Assembly (NCBI RefSeq): GCF_964355755.1
Contig: NC_092672.1
Span: 8,742,001-8,806,000 of the forward strand
Length of the DNA: 64,000 bases
Reading direction: 5' to 3'
Source: Antedon mediterranea
Taxonomy: Eukaryota > Animalia > Echinodermata
Positions 1 through 13,370 of this stretch are shown piece by piece. Under the pieces are notes generated by a model. It was not told where the DNA came from. It did not search any database and saw nothing but the letters and a program-made list of their open reading frames with translations. Every line of letters starts with the position of its first letter. The first letter of the stretch is position 1. The translations under genes were made by a program, and so were the position numbers.

Positions 1-378
1 TTTCTCATATGGTTTTTTATGTCGAAATAGTTCAATTTACTTTATTAGATTGAACGTTGAATAACGAGTCTAGATCAATCACAATGAACGTAGATTTATG
101 ATGCCACTGAAATTATCATCAATTATTATGAAGACTGAGTTTGTTTGTACTCTACGATTATATTTGTACATATTTAATTTCTCATATGGTTTTTTATGCC
201 GAAATAGTTCAATTAACTCTATTAGATTGAAAGTTATGGAAACAAGGTCGAATAACGAGCCTAGATCAATAAAATGAACGTAGAGACCTAGGCTATTGAA
301 ATTATCAAATTATTATAAAGACTGATAGTTTGTTTGTTTGTACTCTACGATTGTATTTGGTTACCATACATTTATTTA
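1..378. repeat. Diverged tandem duplication, units about 177-200 bp (may continue upstream of the window)
   Basis: TTTCTCATATGGTTTTTTATG(T/C)CGAAATAGTTCAATT...GTTTGTTTGTACTCTACGATT occurs at 1 and again at about 178, with indels. Confidence 0.85.
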
Positions 379-1649
379 CGGGTAAAGTGCATCTTGTTTG
401 TGTTTTGTGAAAGTCTCAGGCATGTACCACTAAATACAATTGAAACATTAAATGAAGATGAGTTAATCAAATTGAAACCAAGAGTGTTGAGATCATAGAT
501 CTTTAAATTGATTAAAGTGTTATTGAATTACAACGGATTAGTCGCGCGGACATATTAAAGGATTAGTAATGGCTTTAGAACGAATAATTTATGATCGGCA
601 CTTAACACAAAAGTCTAACAGTGACAGGCAATAAGAAACGATATTTAAAATAGTTTTCAGTTTAGGAGCTTGGCTGTATGTTGTTATTTATCAAATAAGC
701 TTAGGCCTACACTGTGATCAAATGATTTTAACTAGATAAGCCAATTTAGCAACATAATATATTCAAAGATAGGACTAATGTAAATGTGAGATGCAACGGG
801 ATTGCAAAAAAAAAAAAAAAAAAACCATTTCAAAAACACCTAAACACCAATTAGGCGTGATGCCATGACATTCTACTAGGATGGAGCGGCACAGTTCAAT
901 CACTCAAAACCGCCACCCGCTAGAGTTAACTATCGTTTGAGTCAGAAGAACTTTCCAGGCCAGTGGGTGATACGTTTAGGCCTACATGAATGCAATGAGA
1001 GCTAAATGTATTTTATTTATAGGAAGGACTTTAATTGTATAATTTATTATTAAAATTACGTCATATTACGCGATTAATAAAGAAACTTCAGATACAAAGT
1101 TGTAGGCCTACGCTTTTATGTGAATGAAAATTGGGCCTACACATACCGTGATAACAACGTGACTTTAGATTACGGAGATAGCCACTACAGAACCGTCCTT
1201 ATTATAACATTTCATGACCTAATGACCCTGTCCTATTTACAATAAGTTCACTCGGTAATTAGATTTTTACGCTTAATTGTAAAGCTGTAAATGAAATTAC
1301 CGTACCTCTTAACTCTCAGTAGTTGATTGGTTAATGATACAAAACGACATTAAAATAACGCGTAACTTATAAACAGCCATTACATTATGATGGAAATGAT
1401 GCATAACATTTTATTAATGAAATAGCTTTTCTTCGTGCATAAGGATGGAATAGTCAACAACCTAATTAAGGTGAATTAAACATACACATGTCAATGTAAT
1501 GTGCGCTATACTGTGACGACGATATCTCGTCAGTTTGTTATATAATGAGACACGGAAAAACAACATTTGACACGCATTCATTGATGAAAATTGCACGGCT
1601 GTTTTTTTGTGAACCACACGTTAGCCCTCAACGTTTAAATTTAGTTAGA

Positions 1650-1835
1650 CTGTACGCCAATTTGTCCTTACGCCAATTGTTGTCCTTTCGGCAATTTAAC
1701 CATACGGCAATTTGTTCATACGGCAACGTGTGCGTGTGTCCGTACGGCAATATTTGTTTGTCACTCGATGAATTATGTCTTTAACGCCATTTGTTTGGCT
1801 TACGGGAGCGGAATTGTTCGTACGGCAACGTTTGT
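1650..1835. repeat. Cluster of short TACG(G/C)CAA(T)TTG motifs, probably the subterminal repeats of a decayed DNA transposon
   Basis: About 8 variants of (T)ACGGCAA/ACGCCAA within 190 bp. Confidence 0.5.
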
Positions 1836-2036
1836 CTATTTTGGCCCTAATGGCCGCCCATAACCGACCGCTGCTCTTAGACCGTCTTCAACATAATAGA
1901 TTATAAGTAGACATAACAAAATGAATAATTATTTCACTTGTGCGTACAAGTCAAAGAAAAAAAGGAATAAGCAAGAAACAAATTACAGAATAGTATTCTG
2001 AATTTTCAATATCACCTTGAATCTACTATAGTTTAA

Positions 2037-4248
2037 AGGCTGGTTTCCTGTCGACGTAAGAACATCACTTTTGTTGCGACTACGTCGATTTGTCGTAAGA
2101 AATGCGGATTTTACAGGAAACCGATTACGATCGAAAATTTATAAAATCGACGCAACGTAAGAAAAATGGTAACGACAAACGATTTTACAGGAAACCGATG
2201 ACCTAACCATTGTTGCGTTACGACGTTTTCTTCCGATTTTACAGGAAACCGGGATTTTTTATCTTACGCTTGAATGAACGCCCTTGCGTCACGTTTCTTA
2301 CGTCTCTTACGAAAGTTGACTTGAAGTCAACTTTCGCAAGAGAAGTAAGCGCAATCGTAACAAGCAACCAATGAGCGACAAGAGTTATGACGTAATGTGT
2401 ATGTCCTTATAGTGAAATAAAGCCGGACAATAACATTTGTATGTATTTAATACTATAATTTTAGCCTAATCATGTTCTAATCAGGGAGTTTTAGGGTTGA
2501 GGGATGGGAAAGCGGATAGATGCAAAGAGGAACAATTTTTAAATATATTTTTATGCACTCAGTAACGAAATATTTTTTTCATGTTTTATAGGCCTATAAA
2601 TAATATACCTCTAAATACAGTAAAATATTTGCGATTTAATACTTTGTTAAAACTGTCACTGTCATAATCGATTGAAATATAGTCACGATACACCACTACG
2701 ACGTTTATATTTTTGGTAATTATTAATTAATACAAACGTTGAGAAGGAACTGTCAGTATAGGTTATTTGTATATAATAATGTGTTTATATATCTAACAGT
2801 AGAGCCTATCCACAATCTCAGTAATAAGTTTATTTGTATATATTTTTATATTACATCTAACAGTACGAACATTCACAGTAAGAAATGTTCGATTCAAATG
2901 AGGACCAAAAATAGGTAATTATAATAGGTATTTACAGTATTGTTCAAGTTTATTCTCAAAGGGCCCATATATTTACCTACCGTATGTGTTAAACCAAGGG
3001 CTCATAAATTTACCTACTTGTGTTAAACCAAACTCTGGCAGACTGAGAGATTGGGATGTTCCATTTATCGCAAATCAATACATTTGTATAATCGTATATT
3101 AAATCAAAATAGTATTTTTTAAAGAAAATCGGCCTGTCTTCAACATTATGATGCTGTACTCTAGCTGTTCAACCGGTTTTCAGCTATTAAAAACAATTAT
3201 CGTAGGAGGAGATAGGAAAATGCGAAGCCTCCTTGCATTTTTGTGGCGGGTATTTTTCAAGATGGACATCCATTATTAGACAGTGTATACCACGATCGGA
3301 AAACACCCCTATTTGGGGCAAATCGTTGAACCTAAATTCGTTTTAATCGTCAATAACTAATTATCTAACTTAATTTAATTAGTAAACAGGGTTACATCAG
3401 GTGGTTAAAATCAGTACCGAAAGTACGAACCAACTTTATATACCATCGAGTAAAAATTCTAGAAGTAAAGCGCGATTTACCGAATTTTGCCCTTACGTAA
3501 ATTTATATATAGATTATAGGCCTGTAAATAATAGGTATCTTACTGCGGTAGTACTATCTCATGCTTGATTAGATATGCTTATAGGCCAATAGGCCAATGC
3601 CTAGTCTAGGGCCTAGGTAGGTCTAATAATAATAGGAATCTCGAAATGATTTGCCTTTTTTTAATTTTGAAAACTATTTAAGGCTAGGCCTAGAAGGCCA
3701 GGATAATTAATTCATATTTTGATTCATACAAATAATACATAGGCCTACTAGCCTAGGCTAGTTTGATTATTTGGTCAAATCAATTCCTATTAGTAGCCTA
3801 CGGTACCGTACAGTATTAATTAAGTATTTTACTAATACTAGGGCCTAGCTTATCTACTGAAAATAACATGTTGGTGTGCTGCACTGACAGGTAGGCTACA
3901 ATAACAACATTCAACATTTTGCGCGAAAAATGATAAAACCCGCTCTAAAAAGAAACACCAATCAGAGATGTTGTTTCAAATACGTCATAAATCCGACCGA
4001 CGTAAGAAAAAAATTTCAACTTTCGTAACAACACTAAAATCGACGTAAGCATACGACGTGTGTTTCACAGCCAAAATTTCAACTTTCGGGAGCAGCATAA
4101 CTACAGATGTTTCTCTGCGGCCCGACACGATCTTGACTAACGTCAACGACGTCAATTTTGTCTCAACTTTCGTAAGAGACGTAAGAAACGTATGAAACGC
4201 AAGAATCGTTGCAAAATTCGACTTCTTACGTCGACAGGAAACCAGCCT
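2037..4248. mobile_element. Non-autonomous PIF/Harbinger-like DNA transposon, about 2.2 kb, no transposase
   Basis: Perfect TIR AGGCTGGTTTCCTGTCGACGTAAGAA (2037-2062) / TTCTTACGTCGACAGGAAACCAGCCT (4223-4248), flanked by TAA and TTA. Subterminal inverted block at about 2283-2319 / 4163-4203. TTTTACAGGAAACCG occurs 3 times on the left and TCAACTTTCG 3 times on the right. No long ORF. Confidence 0.85.
2993..3390 (+). repeat. Dispersed repeat, copy 1 (paralogue at 10621-11055)
   Basis: Shares colinear blocks CCAAGGGCTCA, GATTGGRATGTTCCATTTATCGC, TTTTCAAGATGGACATCCATTA and GAACCTAAATTCGT with 10621-11055. Confidence 0.8.
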
Positions 4249-4251
4249 TTA

Positions 4252-4390
4252 CCAATAGAGAAGCAACGACGTAACGCAACGTAAGGGATTTGACCGATCA
4301 CAAATGATGGATTATACGGTTACTTGTCATTGGTCAACTTGCGTGCGTTGTGTCTACGTCCTTGCGTTGCGTCCAAGTGGGAACCAATCT
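4252..4390. mobile_element. Harbinger-type MITE family A, degenerate copy with the left end lost
   Basis: GACGTAACGCAACGTAAG...TTGGTCAA...GTCCTTGCGTTGCGTC..GTGGGAACCAA matches the family A copies. Confidence 0.7.
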
Positions 4391-5531
4391 GTAGTACGGA
4401 GTTATTATCAATTTCGGGGCCAAGTTTAAAATTTTATAATAAACAATATATACTTTATACACGGAGCTACACTTTTAATGTCTACGTTTAGTATTTTGAT
4501 TGAATAATGACATAATAGTGGAATATCACAACATCTTGTTACATGATCAATAGATGGAATTGTTAGGCAATCACACGCATTAATTTTGATAAAATCTAAT
4601 AAGTTAAAACCTCTATTCTTAAATAACATTTTTTTCGAAGCCATAGTTAGTGTTATGATTGCTAATTTTAGCTTAATTGATTATTTATAACAAATTTTGA
4701 ATTACCGTTACTAATTTGAGAGAATCTTTAAAATAATTATCTAAAAACCCACAAGCTACAGAACTAGTATGCTATATATAAATTGCTTTAAGGACAATCA
4801 ATTTCAAGATTACAGTTTTTTCGATTAGTGGGCTGATCAACGATTTTATATTTAAAATGACTGATAAAAGCCTACGGCATAAAACACAGATATGAAAATG
4901 GGGTTTTAAAATGTACTGTATGTATTCATTATAAAATTACTTTGTGCCAGTAACGGAAATATTAATTGCTTAAAAGTCCTGAAACTACGCATGCGCATTG
5001 TGTTTCTGGATTTCATCACTAATCCCTAGTTGAATAATATAAAAGTATAAAATAATAATAAAAGTGGGTCAGCTGTTCGCTGGTGTGACGATTATTAGCA
5101 AAAAAAAAAAAAAATAAATAAATAAAATAAAACAAAAGATACAATATTGAAATTTACACAAATAACATACTTGTTTTTAAATAAATGTATTGTATTAGGC
5201 TTATGTATACGGGCCTGATTGCAATGTTTAATTTTAAATCGTATGTAGTTTAATGCAAGAATAAACAGTTTTTCAATAATCAATAGCAAATTTAAACCCG
5301 GAGCTTCCCTTTAAATTTTTCTTAGACTGTACCCGAAACAACTATATTAAATTAAATTTACATAATAAAGAGTCTCACGACGTTGAAACTGTCGGCGACA
5401 GTGCGACAGAAAAGGAAATGATACTGGTTTCTAATCGCTGATATTATGATTTCAGGACTAGACTATTATCTGTAATCATGTCTTCAGTATTACTAAAATC
5501 GTACGTCTAAAAATAAAGTGAAAGTCTTAAA

Positions 5532-5636
5532 ACAAGGCCATATACATTTCTGCAGTCGCGTGCTCAAATTTGAGGCAATGTTTACCGACCGACCGACATA
5601 GTAAGCTGTAGATTCGCGTTTGCACGAGACTAAAAA
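5532..5636 (-). mobile_element. Helentron-associated (HINE/DINE-1-like) short element
   Basis: The - strand reads TTTTTAGTCTCGTGCAAACGCGAATC (subTIR plus inverted copy), then (GTCG)n, then CACGCGACT (3' subTIR) and T-rich ends. A second copy lies at 39271-39368. Confidence 0.6.
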
Positions 5637-6291
5637 CTTGAATGGTGTAGCGTATATTTTATCAGTTTTGTCATGTCATGTTCACACGATATGAGAGGCA
5701 CGGGTGGGTGTGAGTTCAGTAGGTGTGCCAAGATTTACTTCTATTCAACAGTATTGATTTTTTAAAGTAGCGGCGGAAAGTAGGCTACAAAAGAAAAGTA
5801 TTTTCTTAAGACAAGTACCGTACTATATGTAGTAAATACTTTTATGTCAATGACACTCATTCGTGTAAGTATCTCAACAGATTTGATGAGTACCTATACT
5901 CATTATAATAATCATCTCGTCCCGCAACGAGTGAAAAATGTTATCTTTATTTAAAATGTAGTTTACACAGCCGGTTATATAGCCTATGTACGTATTTGTA
6001 AGGATGAAGTCTGAAGATTTTATGTCAATTTCAATGCAGGTCAGTCGGTAATAATTAGGCCCATGTTACGATAGAATCATTTTGTATTTATTAACAAAAT
6101 AGGCATGACAAGGGTTTGTTAACGTACCAATGTAAAGACACATAGCTTTAGGTATCACACAGTTGTGTATTTTAGGTCATCATACAGTTAGTTCGTCAAG
6201 TGATCGCCGTATGGTGAAAGTAAGCCAAGATGTATTGGAACATATTATTATTATTTGTTCATTTCACCTTATTTTTAGACGGTGCCAATCA

Positions 6292-6560
6292 AGGGGCCCC
6301 CCTTGATCAGTTATGATATGATAAGTTTTGTGTGTGACAGTGGCTGTGTGTATACTATTACATCGGGGTAACACCTACTGGTCTCGAAAGATGTACTAGG
6401 TTCTTTAGAGTCCACATGATCCAGATGTGTACAGTAGACCTATGGTTTATAGCCCTTATCCGAGAAGACTCGTTCTACCACCAGAACCATGGAGCGAGTG
6501 AGGCTCGAACCATTGATGTTAATATGGCATGCAGGGTGTTTAACCGCTCACTCATTAGCT
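6292..6560 (-). mobile_element. tRNA-derived SINE with a Deu/Nin-type central domain
   Basis: The - strand has A-box-like TGAGCGGTT and B-box GGTTCGAGCC. These are followed by TCTTCTCGGATAAGGGCTATAAACCATAGGTC...TAAAGAACC...TCGAGACCAGTAGGTGTTACCCCGATGT, which resembles the DeuSINE core. Confidence 0.75.
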
Positions 6561-8189
6561 GTAGTGTTAGGTCTCGTGTAGGTTAATTTAGTGGCAATGG
6601 AATGGCCATATCATCAGATTTTGGTGTTGCCGTTGGCCAGGGACAGAAAGAAAGAACAAGATGACATCTGGTAAAATCTTATAAAATCATCTTAGAATTG
6701 TGGTGTGATTTTGAAATACAATACAGATGTATAATACCAATTATCTAGCACAACTACTTTATCTGTAAATATATATGTTATATCCATAATTTATGGTGAT
6801 ATAGATTGTGTATGTAATGTAATGCTGACCGATGTTTCATTTTTTCAGTACAAACATATATATCTCGTATAAATAAAAACACGGCTATCCATAGACATTT
6901 AATAATGTTCTACTCTGGAATAAGGTTTTGCTATATAACGATCAATACATTTACCAATATAGAATTTAATCAAAAGGGAGCAGATAAGAAGCTTACTATA
7001 ATGAGTCCCAAGACCGGTGAAAAAAATCCAATACAGTTAGGCCTATGGCATGGACAATGGCGGCGTGGTTTGTTTGCCAGTTTCAGTACAGTTCTATTTT
7101 GTGCTTATAAAATTAATTGTTTGATCTGCATTATTGATATAATCTTAAGTTATTACATTTTCATGTCATTTTTTATTCTCAATTGTGATTTTCTAACCAA
7201 ACCAGATCCATGCGGGTCCCGAGGTTCCGATATACGTTTTCAGAGGTTAGGCCTATACTGTTTAGGTCTTAACTTACGCCAGCTGCTATATGCTTTGTAA
7301 CGTTCGTCCTGATTCACTACATGTTATTCTAGTCTACGGTAGACGTAGAATCTTGATCTATGTGGATCTATATAAAGTTGGCAATGATGAATATATATCT
7401 TAGTTTAGGAGGTCGTGCTGTTAGATCAAACAATGACATTGGCATTAAGCTCATACTGTTTGTTGTACTAGTATAGTATAAACATGATATCTAAAAATAG
7501 TAACATGGTCGTTCTTTAAATAATTTTGCCAGAATGTTAGATTAAAGTAAAACTTCTATATCTTACAATAGAGGTTAAAGATGAATAGTATATTTTTCAA
7601 ATGTATAACATCGTACAATCAAAATGATGGGAAATCTAAAATAGGGACATAGCCTAGCGAGTATACATAAAACTGGGTGAACACAATGTCAGAGTGAAAT
7701 AATATTTTGGAAATTAAACTGGCCTTTGAAATTACAAATACAAGACATGCATTACAAAGGAACTGTGTAGTAAACGGTATTAACAGTAGGCCTATTCGTT
7801 ATGATTTCATACCCAATTCAATTGAAGATGACGTTTGTTTCTTCCTCGATCACGGAGCATGGTGATAGTTTGTGTCGTTGTGGTTCATGTAATCTAATCT
7901 TATTCAAAATGTGGCACATAATGTTTACACATTTAATTTACAATTAAGATGATCATAAATCATTTGATTGATTATTGTATATTAAATTCATGTATAAATA
8001 TTTATAGAAAACTGCAGATCGATGATCTTTAGAAGATGGCGACAATAAATGAATGTATAATGATTTATTTAGTTTTCGTGTTTTACAGAATGTTTTGCAT
8101 TCTCATGCTTGCTCACAAAATATGTATTCCAAATTGCTAACATGTAGGCCTACATTTGTTTTTATGTTTTAGTTTCTTTGTCCTATAAT

Positions 8190-8681
8190 TAGAGAGGTTT
8201 CGCAATCTTACGAATACGATAACGAAAACGGATACGTCACGCACACGTATTCGTTTTCGTAAGCCATAAAAAAAATCTGTTTCGCATGGCAACGAAATAT
8301 TGAGGCGCGTCTAAAATATGACTGCGGTAAATTTGAGCGAAGCGCAGGTACGTGTTGCTTGGTGCTTGGCTGCCTAGGCCTAGCGTAACATCAAAGCGAG
8401 TGAGGACTTTAAAAACTGCTATTTATCAAAATTGACTTGGCATTTTAGTAAATTACTTTCAATAAATCTATAATTATATTATAATCATGAATCATTCCTC
8501 AATCAAATGCAAAATGTGCAAAATAGATCAAAAACTATACTCGTTTTGTAGTTACGAATAAAGACTGGTGATATTCGTCAACACGAATACGCTTTACGAA
8601 TACGAAATGGGGATCAGCTCAAAAGTTTCACAAATGTATGACGTATCCGTATCGTATTCGTAAGGTTGCAAAACCTCCCAT
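8190..8681. mobile_element. MITE of about 490 bp with imperfect TIRs of about 50 bp
   Basis: AGAGAGGTTTCGCAATCTTACGAATACGAT...ACGGATACGTCA on the left pairs with TGACGTATCCGTATCGTATTCGTAAGGTTGCAAAACCTCCC on the right. Superfamily not assigned. Confidence 0.8.
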
Positions 8682-10620
8682 TACCACAGCAGTTGTTACT
8701 GCTTTGTGAATTATTTTTGTATATTAATTATTGGATGTAGTAGGTCTATATAGACAGTTTTTCTATTTATATAGTCTTGTTCAATGTACAATCATAATTT
8801 GCCGTATTTAAAATGTTTATTATTGTTAAATGAAATATCTGAACATTTATGATTTTGTTTTTATGATTATTAGGCTATTTAGGCCTATATATCAAACATT
8901 GTTTAGGGGTTGGAATAAGACAAGTTCTTTTACTTAAATAAAAACAAATGTACGGTGTGTAAAATTTAGTTGTTTAGAGCCATTGATGATGAGGAAGGAA
9001 GCAACTTGTTGTTTTTAAATTGTACAAGAAATTTGTACAAGATCAAAAAGACTGGTAAGCTTAAATAAAATTAATCCAGTTTCTGGAAAAAAAAATCTTG
9101 CAATTTATGAGCAGAATTACTTTCTTGTGATCAATCGAGTATAAATCAAGTAAATACATGTGTGTCAAAACAAAATGACAAGTCAGTCAAAAATCAGCCA
9201 AGTCAAATAATCAGCCAGTCACACATAAGTATAACGTATATGTATCAGAGAATTGAAATATTTAAAAAAAAAACAGAAAAAGCACGTACATTACGTTTAC
9301 AGTTTCCCGACGATCAATCAATATATTTACTACTACTGTAGTAATCACGGATAAACACGGTGGACCTATTCGAATTGAAGTCTGTAATTATTGTGAAATG
9401 AATGAATTCAGAAATGATGATTGTCGTTCTGTATTGAGTGAAAAAAGACACGAAAATATCTTGTGCAGAAAGAAAAAAGCGAGCTCAATTTATATAAAAA
9501 ACCCCAAAATATTAAAAAAGCAAACGTTAATTTGCCAACAAACGTTTTCCAAAAATTTGCAGAAGTTAGGCCACGCATCTTCTTGACAAACTAGTTTTAA
9601 ATATATACTAGTTGATATAACAATTACATAAGGTACATAATAATGAATCGGTATAACTAGAAAATATGTTCTCCAAGTAGTTCGAAGCATTTAAAAAATG
9701 AAAGCAATTTAAGAACAAAATACTGTACAATAAACAAATATTCTAGAAATCGTTTGTACAAATCCACAAGATAAAAGGGTTTATGTATGTTTTTTTAGCT
9801 CATATTTTATTATGCCCTTGATGGTAAAGGTTGTATCAATTCGTCTACTCGTCTCCAGGCCTAACTGTGCAGTGTACAGTTTTCCAGTAGAGTGTCGACA
9901 ATTAAAGTAATCTTGTGTTACTACTTTACTTAACAAGACAGACAAAAAGTAGGCCACTTTGATTCTATTTTCTAATATTGTCACAAACAAATCCAATACT
10001 TGAATAACGTGTTCGCTGTTTTTCATTTCCAGGTATATTACAAGGTATTTTAGAGGATTGACAGCGATACAGTTGCCATGCAGCGCCATTGGCTAAATGT
10101 CAGACATGCGCCAGTAATGATTTCGGACATTAATACTTACGCACGCGCATTACTCCTTCATAGTAATCATTGTGGAGATATTGGGAGAGTTACAACATTG
10201 ATGTTCTATTTATTCATGAATTTCTTTGGTATATACCTGAATATCATCATAACATACACGAGATGGAAAACAAAACTGCAAAAAAAGTATTGTATTGTTT
10301 ATTATCGTCCATCCTTCGTAACATTCTCCGCATCCTCTACTATTCACCAATACACCAGTATCTCACGTACTGCACATATCACTCTTTTTTTCCTTCAAAC
10401 TCTTTCCCAATCTCCTATTCTTCTAAAAGTTTAAGACATCATCAATCTTTTGCAACAATATATTCTCAAATACTAAAGTACACGTAACCATACACCACGT
10501 TTATATTTTTTGTTATCAATTAATACAAACGAACGATTTATGTATGAATTGTCTAAAATAGTTATAACACAGAATTGCAATACTATAAATCTATTTGACC
10601 TAAAGGTTTAAAGTTTATCC

Positions 10621-11055
10621 CCCAAGGGCTCACTGTACCTACTTTTGTTATACCAAATATTTATACTGGGAGACAGAAAGATTGGAATGTTCCATTTATC
10701 GCCAATCAATACGTTTGTATAAAAAATTTTGGTCTGTCTTAAACATTTATAAGATGCGGGATAAGATGCTGTACTCGACCGGCTTTCAGCTATTATTAAA
10801 AGCAATTATTGTAAGAGATCTATAGGTAAATGCAAAGCATCCGCGTACAATTGTGCGGGTACTTTTCAAGATGGACATCCATTAGACATTGTAAACAAAA
10901 CTGAACCTAAATTCGTACAATTGTCAATAACTTATTATCTTATCAATTTAATTTAACTTTCTTTACACATTTTTGTATACTGTTAATTTGAAGAAAATAA
11001 TAAATACTTTGATTGATTGATTGATTGATTGCATCTCAATTTAATTAGTAAACCC
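10621..11055 (+). repeat. Dispersed repeat, copy 2, interrupted by a short LINE tail (about 10954-11031)
   Basis: Homologous to 2993-3390. The insert ends in AATAAA plus (TTGA)n, and TCAATTTAATT is duplicated at 10943-10953 and 11036-11046. Confidence 0.75.
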
Positions 11056-12006
11056 AACCTATTTCCATCATTTTGGATACTTTTTAACTGATCATGTTTA
11101 AATTTTGTTTCTGTTTTATATACCTTAAGAGCTATCTAGCACGAGCTTTCTTGGAATTGCCCGCTCTTTTTGTGTATTCTTTTGCTTCTTGTATTCGGCA
11201 AAAAATTGTATCAATTTCCATTGAATGTGATTGATGATAATGTGGCCTGGGAGCAGGAATATGCTACTGCTAGAATGAACTCATGACTCATTATCCCATT
11301 TATTAAAAAAAAAAACAATAAAGTGCACAGCAAACATGATAAATATAACTACTGTACTCAATTATATAAATCTGCACTTTGGCAAAATGATAATCTTGGA
11401 TTTCAATAAATACGTCCGAGATACAAGAAACCGCTATCAAAGACGATTTATTGGGATCAAGCTTTTAACCATCAATTGATGACGTTAGTAATGAGAATGA
11501 ACTTATATATACAAACGATTTATGACATTGTCTAATATGTAAAATGATTGATGGATGGTACTTTTATTGAGTATGGGGCGCAAGAATAAACAAATCTGTA
11601 TACGATAGAGCTTGTGAATGTGTTCCTGCATAGCGCCCCCTAGCTCTTTGCCGCTAGGTGAATTACTTATTCCCTAAACATCTACGTTGTTACCATTGTT
11701 GAATAAATGCTTACTTAAACATACTCTAATCAAAGAAATGTCCGCGCTATCGTGTTATTTTGTACATTAATTATGTCACCATCCTAATCATTAGCAACAA
11801 AATCGCGGAGTCAAATTCAAATAAAGACGGATTGTGTATAATGTAACAACGTATTATCATTAGCAAACAAAGAGAACATTCTTTAATCACGGATAAATGA
11901 CTGTAATATAATGTTATGTTCCGGATGTCAAGTTTATATAATCATAATAAATATAATTGTAATTTTATAATAAACAATTTACATATTAATTCGGAGCTAC
12001 CCTTTA

Positions 12007-12109
12007 AGCTTGGTTTCCACTAGAACGCGCAACTAAAGTGATTTGGCCTATCACGACACGACGGATCACTGCTTACGTCATTGTGTTGCGTCATAGTGGG
12101 AACCAAACT
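12007..12109. mobile_element. Harbinger-type MITE family A, short degenerate copy
   Basis: TTA|AGCTTGGTTTCCACTAG ... TAGTGGGAACCAAACT. Confidence 0.75.
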
Positions 12110-13188
12110 TTGACCATGAATAGGCTAATAATGCAAATGCTATTTTAGTGATCTTTTGTCATTCGACGCACGATTTATTAGTGTACGTTTAATTAAATGA
12201 AATTATAATGTATTCATAATTATTAATCGATTTCATATCAACACACTGTTATAACAAAATAAAAATAATTATGTTATTGTCCCTGAAAATGTATCTTCTT
12301 TTAATAGAGAATTTAAAGTTTGACAGGTCTATTTCCCCTGAATGCATAATATAATAATTAGATATTGATTCAAATTTCACTGAGATTACCAGCTCTAGAA
12401 AGTATCTTATATTTTGCAATTATTCAAATTGCCTTGTAATCTTATTTTGCAGGAATCAGTTTTTTCCGAATTGTATGGAATAATTACGAATTGATACTCA
12501 CTATATCAATGTACTTCTCAATTGAATGGGGAATACATGAAGGTTAATTCACAATTCACATTTTTTTTTTTCCAAAATAATATAAATACAATGACTATGA
12601 AAATAGTTTTTTTTTTTCATATTTAGAAAAAAAATGCCAAATGAGCAAATTCAGTCACTACGGTCTCATTCTTAAAGATTAGAAAACAACAAATACTACA
12701 TTGTAGAGATCCTTTACATAAACAGTGTCTTTTGGAGTGAAGTTGTTTTTTTTTTGTCAAGAGAAAAAACACCGTTGCTCAAAAAGAAAAAAAAAACATA
12801 CTCGCATTATTAGTTACATAAATTGGTTATATCCGTGGTTTGTGATTATGACAGGCCTACTATTATTTTTAATTCTTTTTTATATTATACACCTAATTTC
12901 GATTCTTGTAATTTCATTGGAGGATTGTGCGCCTCATTATATTCAATAACAATTCCTAGCCTTTCGTAAACGTGTTAATAATAACAGAATAATGATTGTT
13001 TATATTCATGAAATGGTAAAAATAATTTATGAAATGTTATGAATATTATGAAATAATTGGTACCAATGCATTTAGAACAATTCATTATTTGTAAATTATT
13101 AATTGTTCACCAATATTCACAATAACCAATAACCAATAGGTGGAATTTCAAATGTATTCTGAACCTACTCCATTGGTCAATTTACTAA

Positions 13189-13370
13189 AGCTTGGTTCCC
13201 ACTAGCGACGCAACGTAGCGCAACCTACGCAACGTAAGAAATTGCCCTTACAATAATAGTGTTTTCCCCCGCCTGCGTGAAATCAAACCTACGATATTTG
13301 TGATTACGCAATACAGAACTTTGTTTCAATACGTCGTAGCATTGCGTTACGTCGCTAATGTGAACCACGC
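13189..13370 (+). mobile_element. Harbinger-type MITE family A, subfamily A2
   Basis: TAA|AGCTTGGTTCCCACTAGCGACGCAACG ... CGTCGCTAATGTGAACCACGC. The interior is shared with 35244-35450. Confidence 0.85.

Noticed and set aside
9781-10487. Overlapping ORFs of 100-118 aa
   Set aside because: No recognisable domains; the nearby acceptor at about 10033 leads to early stops in all frames.
4460-12006. Recurring CGGAGCT(A/T)C(C/A)CTTT(T)AA motif at about 4461, 5298 and 11992 as Kolobok-like ends
   Set aside because: No partner termini found, so element boundaries cannot be supported.
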